64,000 nucleotides of DNA from contig JAFGJD010000004.1 of NCBI GenBank assembly GCA_016929235.1, positions 1 to 64,000 of the forward strand, written 5' to 3'. The first letter of the stretch is position 1; each line of letters starts with the position of its first letter. Shown here piece by piece: positions 58,375 through 64,000 of the stretch. The position numbers were made by a program, and so were the translations under genes. The stretch is from Candidatus Babeliales bacterium. Its GTDB lineage: Bacteria > Babelota > Babeliae > Babelales > JABCYS01. The notes under the pieces are model-generated. The model searched no databases. It was not told where the DNA came from and saw only the letters and a program-made list of their open reading frames with translations.

Positions 58375-59385
58375 TTATATCTTCTGCATATGTTCTGGCT
58401 TTAGACCCCTTGTTTTCTGATGTTCCTTGATATGCCATTGCCAAGCAGTTTCTACTACGGTATCAAGAGCTCCATATCGAGGAGTCCACCCCAAAATGCG
58501 TTGTGCCTTTTCGTTAGATCCCACGAGAATCGGAGGATCGCCAGGACGTCGTTCTTGATACACAACAGGAAAGTCACGGCCACTTACTTTCTTCACTGAT
58601 TCGATGACTTCGTTCACTGAGTAGCCCGAGCCATTCCCGAGATTAAATGAGTCGCTTTGATGTCCTGTCTCCAAGTATTGTAATGCCTTGTGATGCGCAT
58701 CTGCCAAATCTGTCACATGAATATAATCTCGAATACATGTACCATCCCTTGTAGGATAATCTGTGCCAAACACAGCAATCTTGTCTCGCTTGCCAAGTGC
58801 GGCTTCACACACTAATGGAATTAAGTGAGTTTCAGGATCATGTCGCTCACCAACATCGCCATCAAGATCGGCTCCCGCCGCATTGAAATAGCGTAAATTA
58901 ACATGCCGTATTCCATATGCATGCTCATAATCTTTGAGAATCGTTTCAACCATGAGCTTAGTTCTTCCATATGGATTGATCGGTTTTTGTTCTTCTGTTT
59001 CTACAATAGGAAGTTTTTGTGGCATGCCGTATGTTGCACAGGTAGATGAAAAGATAATCTTCTTCACATCATACTCACGCATTACATCCAAGAGATTCAA
59101 TACGCAGGCAACATTGTTATGATAATACTTTGAAGGATCACTCACTGATTCGCCAACATATGCATACGCCCCAAAATGCACCACCGCATGTATGGGATAT
59201 TTCGCAAAGCATGTTCTGAGTTGTTCCTTGGAGACCATATCACCTAAGAAAAATGAACCCCATTTCACAAACTCTCTATGTCCATGAACAAGATTGTCAA
59301 ACACAACCGTTTCATAACCCAAATGATGTAGTAACTTGTTAGTATGGGAGCCAATATACCCGGCACCACCAATGATTAATATCAC
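58375..59385 (-). CDS. galE: UDP-glucose 4-epimerase
   Basis: GGAGYIGSH, FSSTCATYG, YGRTK, LRYFNAAGA, DGTCIRDYIHV. Confidence 0.96.
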   Translation of the reverse strand: MILIIGGAGYIGSHTNKLLHHLGYETVVFDNLVHGHREFVKWGSFFLGDMVSKEQLRTCFAKYPIHAVVHFGAYAYVGESVSDPSKYYHNNVACVLNLLDVMREYDVKKIIFSSTCATYGMPQKLPIVETEEQKPINPYGRTKLMVETILKDYEHAYGIRHVNLRYFNAAGADLDGDVGERHDPETHLIPLVCEAALGKRDKIAVFGTDYPTRDGTCIRDYIHVTDLADAHHKALQYLETGHQSDSFNLGNGSGYSVNEVIESVKKVSGRDFPVVYQERRPGDPPILVGSNEKAQRILGWTPRYGALDTVVETAWQWHIKEHQKTRGLKPEHMQKI

Positions 59386-59528
59386 ACGTAACTCCTCTTT
59401 AATTGCGTGCGCCAGTTTAGCGAAAAGAATGAGATAATGAAAGAATCTTAGATTGAACCCCTTGTTTGAAAAAAATAAGGAGACATGATATTAATTCATC
59501 ACATTGAATCAATGTTTAGAAGGTAGAT

Positions 59529-60872
59529 ATGAAAGAATCTTCACTTCGCTGTTGCGTTGTTGGTGCAGGTTACGTTGGTCTTGTAACTGGAAGTTGTCTT
59601 GCTCGATATCACAATGTAACTCTTGTTGAATCTGACGATGCAAAACTAAAAACACTTCGTCGCAAACGCATTCCCTTTCATGAGCCAGGACTCTCGGAAT
59701 TACTCCAAGAATCATCAGTACAAAACCACCTCTCCTTCACTAATTCACTCTCAGAAGCCTTACATAAAAATCCCCATGTCATTTTTATTTGCGTTGGCAC
59801 ACCATCGCTAGCAGATGGCAACGCAGATTTATCTGCAGTCTATTCAGTAGCACAAAACATCGGAACACACGTACAAAACGACTGCCTCGTCGTGAATAAA
59901 TCAACTGTTCCCATTGGTACAGCACAGCGAGTTTTGGATATTATTTGCAACCAAACGAATCATAATGTCACAGTTGCATCAAATCCTGAATTTCTCCGGC
60001 AAGGAACCGCAGTTACGGATTTTCTTAATCCTGATCGCATTGTGGTTGGTGTAGATTCTGAATCCTCTAAAACCTTGTTGTTTCAGATATATCAACCATT
60101 TTTACAAAATCATGAGCAGTGGATTGTCATGGACATTGCCTCAGCTGAGTTATGCAAATATGCAGCAAATGCAATGCTTGCATCGCGGATAAGTTTCATG
60201 AACGAGCTTGCCCGACTTGCAGATGTTGTTGGCGCTGATATTAATCAAATTTCCCGCGGAATAGGAAAGGATCCAAGAATTGGTTCGCTCTTTCTTAAGG
60301 CAGGAATTGGTTATGGAGGAAGTTGCTTTCCCAAAGATGTAAAGGCACTTGCATATATGGGAAAACAAAACAATCTTACGATGCCTCTTACACGAGCTAT
60401 AGACGATGTAAATAACACCCAACTTGACTGGTTCTTTTCAAAATTATTGCATCATTATCAAGGATCACTACGGAATAAACACATTGGAATTTGGGGACTT
60501 AGTTTTAAGCCTGATACAGATGACACTCGATCCTCTTCAGCAATCAATTTAATAGAAAAATGTCTAGAATATGGGGCCCATGTCATTGCATATGATCCTA
60601 TTGTATCAATGCATGTAAAACACTTAGACATAACCCTTGCTCCTCATGCTCATGAAGTATTACACAGCTCTCATTGTCTAGTGGTTCTCACAGAATGGCA
60701 GGAATTTCTCACCATTAAACCTCAGGAATTTCTTGCACTCAAAGATCAAATCATTTTTGATGGAAGAAACTGTTTAAATAGCGCTCGTCTTGCAGAATGC
60801 GGCCTTAGGTATCATGGCATAGCACACAGTGTATCCCGGCAGCCAATACAAAAAGGATCACAAGAAAATTAA
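59529..60872 (+). CDS. ugd: UDP-glucose 6-dehydrogenase
   Basis: GAGYVGL, CVGTP, KSTVP, SNPEFLRQG, KYAAN, GYGGSCFPKD, GLSFKPDTDDTR, DGRN. Confidence 0.95.
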   Translation: MKESSLRCCVVGAGYVGLVTGSCLARYHNVTLVESDDAKLKTLRRKRIPFHEPGLSELLQESSVQNHLSFTNSLSEALHKNPHVIFICVGTPSLADGNADLSAVYSVAQNIGTHVQNDCLVVNKSTVPIGTAQRVLDIICNQTNHNVTVASNPEFLRQGTAVTDFLNPDRIVVGVDSESSKTLLFQIYQPFLQNHEQWIVMDIASAELCKYAANAMLASRISFMNELARLADVVGADINQISRGIGKDPRIGSLFLKAGIGYGGSCFPKDVKALAYMGKQNNLTMPLTRAIDDVNNTQLDWFFSKLLHHYQGSLRNKHIGIWGLSFKPDTDDTRSSSAINLIEKCLEYGAHVIAYDPIVSMHVKHLDITLAPHAHEVLHSSHCLVVLTEWQEFLTIKPQEFLALKDQIIFDGRNCLNSARLAECGLRYHGIAHSVSRQPIQKGSQEN

Positions 60873-62128
60873 TCAACTTTCGGTCGCCTACAACATGATG
60901 TCGCTATCATATACTGTCTATAAATCCATTCGGACCAACCTATCGGACGTATAAATGTAGGATCAATGCAACGGACCAAGTTTTGTACTACATCACCCTC
61001 TGTAAATGGCTTACGAGCACGTGCAACTTCTTGGAGTATTTGTTGCGCATCACTTTCACCATCTCGCCGTCCAGCCTCCTCATCAAAAAATACTCCGGCA
61101 TGTACCTTAAATCTTGCCACATAAGAAGCTACCGTACTAGAGAGTGCATTTATCTGAGCAGGATCTTGTACCAGTGCAGCTACTTTTCTGATAGCTCTAT
61201 CCTTATCTTGAGCTGCTACCCGCTCAAGTATTGCCGCTAATACCGCTCCCCCAGGAACGTGACTACCAAGACCTCTTATTCCCCTAGCAATCGCCTCTGC
61301 GGGATGAAAGGAGACATTAGCAACAAGCCCAGAACGTATGGTTTTAGCCGCCAAAATAGTATCAGTCAAACGATCTCTCAACGCTTCTGCGTATGCTCTT
61401 ACTTTATGATCCTCCATTGTTTGATTAATTTCTGCAAGATCCCGCGGTGTTGAACCCTCGGGCACATAATACCTATGGAAATAGGGTTGCGTAGTCCGAC
61501 ATTTATCAGATGCACCAAGACTTCTTAAGAGCTTTGCAGCATCTTGATAATGATACTCTTCTGCCTTATGGAGTGGCGTCATGCCATCCTCGTCGCCCAG
61601 ATTTAAGTTAGCACCAGCTTCTTTGAGTAAACGTATCATTGCCAAATGATCTTCTTCAGAAACATCTTGTAGCCGTGGAAACATGCCCAACAAAGGGGTG
61701 GCGCCATATGCTGATACCACATTCACATTTGCATTGTGTTCAATTAAGGCTCTGGCTATAGCCTGCAACCCATGTGCAGCTGCAGTATGCAAGGGCGTTC
61801 CACAAGGCAGCTCATCACCGGAAACTGTTACGACCGCCTGCACATTAACGTTAGCCCCTCGCCCCAGCAACTCATCGACTACTGTAACCTGCTCTGATTC
61901 AACTGCATAATGAAGTGGCGATTTCATGATCCTATTTCCCCAACCACTCCTATCCAGCCCATCTATATCTATCAGACGTCCCCGCCAATCTTTCCCCCGA
62001 TCTAATAATTCTCTAACTCTCTCAATGTCACCTTTTTGTGCAGCATCATGGAGTGGTCCCGCAAATACTAATAATTGTAATGTAAGTAAATATCCACATA
62101 TCATTATTTTTTTTACTATCGACATCAT
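60869..62128 (-). CDS. Secreted ankyrin-repeat protein with unknown C-terminal helical domain
   Basis: Signal peptide. About 5 ankyrin repeats (PLHDAA, SPLHYAV, TPLHTAA, TPLL, TPLHKA). Confidence 0.9.
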   Translation of the reverse strand: MMSIVKKIMICGYLLTLQLLVFAGPLHDAAQKGDIERVRELLDRGKDWRGRLIDIDGLDRSGWGNRIMKSPLHYAVESEQVTVVDELLGRGANVNVQAVVTVSGDELPCGTPLHTAAAHGLQAIARALIEHNANVNVVSAYGATPLLGMFPRLQDVSEEDHLAMIRLLKEAGANLNLGDEDGMTPLHKAEEYHYQDAAKLLRSLGASDKCRTTQPYFHRYYVPEGSTPRDLAEINQTMEDHKVRAYAEALRDRLTDTILAAKTIRSGLVANVSFHPAEAIARGIRGLGSHVPGGAVLAAILERVAAQDKDRAIRKVAALVQDPAQINALSSTVASYVARFKVHAGVFFDEEAGRRDGESDAQQILQEVARARKPFTEGDVVQNLVRCIDPTFIRPIGWSEWIYRQYMIATSCCRRPKVD

Positions 62129-62148
62129 AATATCCTGTGTCAGTAATA

Positions 62149-63672
62149 TTATTTTTCTTCGTGGTATTCTTTTTCGGTATTAACGCTCCAGATATGTGAC
62201 TTACTGGTATCACCAGATATGACAGAATCAACAGCCGTCATTGCGGTTAACATAGAATGATCCTGGTTATTGTATCGATGCATACCATTGCGACCGATGA
62301 GGAATAAATTTGAGAACGTATCTAAATAGGATCGCAACTCATCAAATCGATTATAAGTCCCAAAATATGCAGGATATGTTTTTTCAACACGTAAGACAGT
62401 CCCATCAAGAACATCTTCTTTATTCAAAATACCGATTTTTTCCATTTCACCTGCACCAAATGCAATCAATTCATGATCCTTCATATTCCAGAGCTCATCA
62501 CCCTCTTGACAGAAGTACTCCAGACCTATCCATGCTGTTTCTGGATCGGCAACCATGTATGGACTCCAGTTGTTAAAAATCTGCAAGCGCCCTACCGTCA
62601 CATCAGGCTCTTGTATATAGATCCAATTATCTCGCACACCAACTCGAGATGTATTTCCTTTGTCGCGAATTTTCAACTTGTTGCACAGTAAACCAACAGT
62701 AATAAAGTCGCGATACATTAACCCGGAGCCGATCATACGCATTTCATCAGGAACAGTATTACCAAGCGACTCAATCAGTTCTTGAACGGGCATTGTTGAA
62801 AAAACATAGTCACCATGAATTGTTTCAATCTCATTGGTCTCGGAATTCAGAACATCCACCCCAGTCAGTTTACCGTCTGAACTATGAATCTTCACAATCT
62901 TTCTATGCAGCAATACCTGGCCACCCTGATTGTGCACCTGACGAGCAACCTCTTCCCACATCTGACCTGGACCATATTTGGGATATAAAAATTGCTCAAT
63001 TAATGTTGTCTCAGTTTCTTTTTGGGCAACATCGGTTGTTTCTTTTGGCAAAAGGCTTTTAGCAAAATGTTTAATCGCTGTAGCAATAGAAAGACCTTTG
63101 ATTCTCTGAGCCCCCCACTCTGGACTTATCTTATCGCATTCTATTCCCCATACTTTTTCCGTATACGATTTAAAAAATGTCTGGTAAAGCTCGCGCCCAA
63201 ACCTATTAATAAAAAAGTGCTCTAAATGCTGCTCATTGCGAATAGGAAATGCAAGACTCCTCATATAACTCATGCCCATTTTTGTTGTTTTCACAAATCC
63301 AAGTTGCCTTATAGTTGTTGGAGTTAATTTGAGCGGATAATCAAAAAATTGTCGCGTAAAATATATGCGAGACTTACGCTGACGAACCAGCATGAGATCA
63401 TCACGTTCCGTAGGATCAACATCATGCAATGTTTGAAATGGCAATATTTTATCCCACCATGTCATCACACGGTCAGATTTAGAAAAAAAGCGATGGCCCC
63501 CTATATCAATTCTATTGCCCTTATAATTAACTGTCTTTGAGATGCCACCAATGTGACCACTTTTTTCGAAAACAATCGGAGCAACGTCTGTTTTTTGCAA
63601 TAGTTCATATGCAGCGGTAAGCCCCGCTGGGCCTGCCCCAATAATCAATGCTTTTTTCTTACTCATATCCAT
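62149..63672 (-). CDS. FAD-dependent oxidoreductase (protoporphyrinogen-oxidase/UDP-galactopyranose-mutase-like fold) associated with polysaccharide loci
   Basis: [56 protein letters not shown]. Start 63672 or 63666. Confidence 0.85.
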   Translation of the reverse strand: MDMSKKKALIIGAGPAGLTAAYELLQKTDVAPIVFEKSGHIGGISKTVNYKGNRIDIGGHRFFSKSDRVMTWWDKILPFQTLHDVDPTERDDLMLVRQRKSRIYFTRQFFDYPLKLTPTTIRQLGFVKTTKMGMSYMRSLAFPIRNEQHLEHFFINRFGRELYQTFFKSYTEKVWGIECDKISPEWGAQRIKGLSIATAIKHFAKSLLPKETTDVAQKETETTLIEQFLYPKYGPGQMWEEVARQVHNQGGQVLLHRKIVKIHSSDGKLTGVDVLNSETNEIETIHGDYVFSTMPVQELIESLGNTVPDEMRMIGSGLMYRDFITVGLLCNKLKIRDKGNTSRVGVRDNWIYIQEPDVTVGRLQIFNNWSPYMVADPETAWIGLEYFCQEGDELWNMKDHELIAFGAGEMEKIGILNKEDVLDGTVLRVEKTYPAYFGTYNRFDELRSYLDTFSNLFLIGRNGMHRYNNQDHSMLTAMTAVDSVISGDTSKSHIWSVNTEKEYHEEK

Positions 63673-63698
63673 CTCACTTATTGTAAATGGGCCAAAAT

Positions 63699-64000
63699 TC
63701 ATCCTTTAGAGATAAATGATTCTATCGTCGATACATGAGTATTCCAACCATAGTGCGCTTCAATCCGAGCACGGGCATGTAAACCCATATGTGGCACAGA
63801 TGAATCCGCATGCTCCGCAAGCCAAAGAGCCGCAGTTGCAAATCCTTCCACCGAATCAGGAGCAATACGTATACCTACCACCTTGTCATTTATAGCATTC
63901 AATTTATCAATAGTAAGAGCAGGTGATACGATCTCTTTAAGTTGTTCCAGATCAGAGACCAGCACTGGCTTACTCATACTCATATATGCAAATAATTTCG
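63699..64000 (-). CDS. GT4 glycosyltransferase, C-terminal fragment (5'-partial)
   Basis: The frame is open to the window edge: [17 protein letters not shown]...[15 protein letters not shown], a typical GT4 C-terminus. Confidence 0.75.
   Translation of the reverse strand, partial: KLFAYMSMSKPVLVSDLEQLKEIVSPALTIDKLNAINDKVVGIRIAPDSVEGFATAALWLAEHADSSVPHMGLHARARIEAHYGWNTHVSTIESFISKG

Noticed and set aside
1..64000. CRISPR array, rRNA, integrase or transposase
   Set aside because: No regularly spaced repeats, rRNA-like segments or recombinase/transposase motifs were seen. The only long direct repeat noticed is the toxin junction.
63981..64000. GT4 motif reading KLFAY instead of KLFEY
   Set aside because: The gene is truncated by the window edge, and one substitution cannot be interpreted without the rest of the protein.

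Overview
Bacterial chromosomal window using the standard code 11 (TGA is a stop). Several traits suggest a host-associated protist endosymbiont or parasite, most like Candidatus Dependentiae/Babelota (TM6): many signal-peptide-bearing orphan proteins, LRR and ankyrin proteins, salvage enzymes and a fragmented atp operon. This assignment is inference, not a database result. Layout: (1) 1-8.3 kb is an accessory region downstream of tRNA-Arg(TCT). It holds the 3' part of a polymorphic toxin with an EndoU RNase tip, its immunity gene, a collapsed orphan toxin/immunity cassette that repeats the toxin's junction sequence, and several secreted orphans including an 1100-aa LRR protein. (2) 8.4-51 kb is core and semi-core genes: dnk-atpE-b'-b-atpH-atpA, recD2, amidase-like/GerMN-like pair, large MscS, recO-like, M3 peptidase, uvrB, tal, two unusual split-ankyrin paralogs, leuS, brnQ, NUDIX, GH1 + GT28, four membrane proteins, rpsA, two ndk (one with an export signal), murI, nusB, efp, cupin, glyA and an RRM protein. 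(3) 51-64 kb is a surface-glycosylation cluster with four GT-C-like membrane proteins, two tail-to-tail polyprenol-phosphate GT2 paralogs, galE, ugd, an FAD oxidoreductase and a partial GT4, interrupted by an ankyrin gene. No rRNA, CRISPR array, integrase or transposase was seen. The best candidates for undescribed biology are the toxin/immunity/orphan-cassette system with a YWGYDPKYQK swap junction, the split-ankyrin membrane proteins, the exported NDK, and the remodelled LeuRS editing site.
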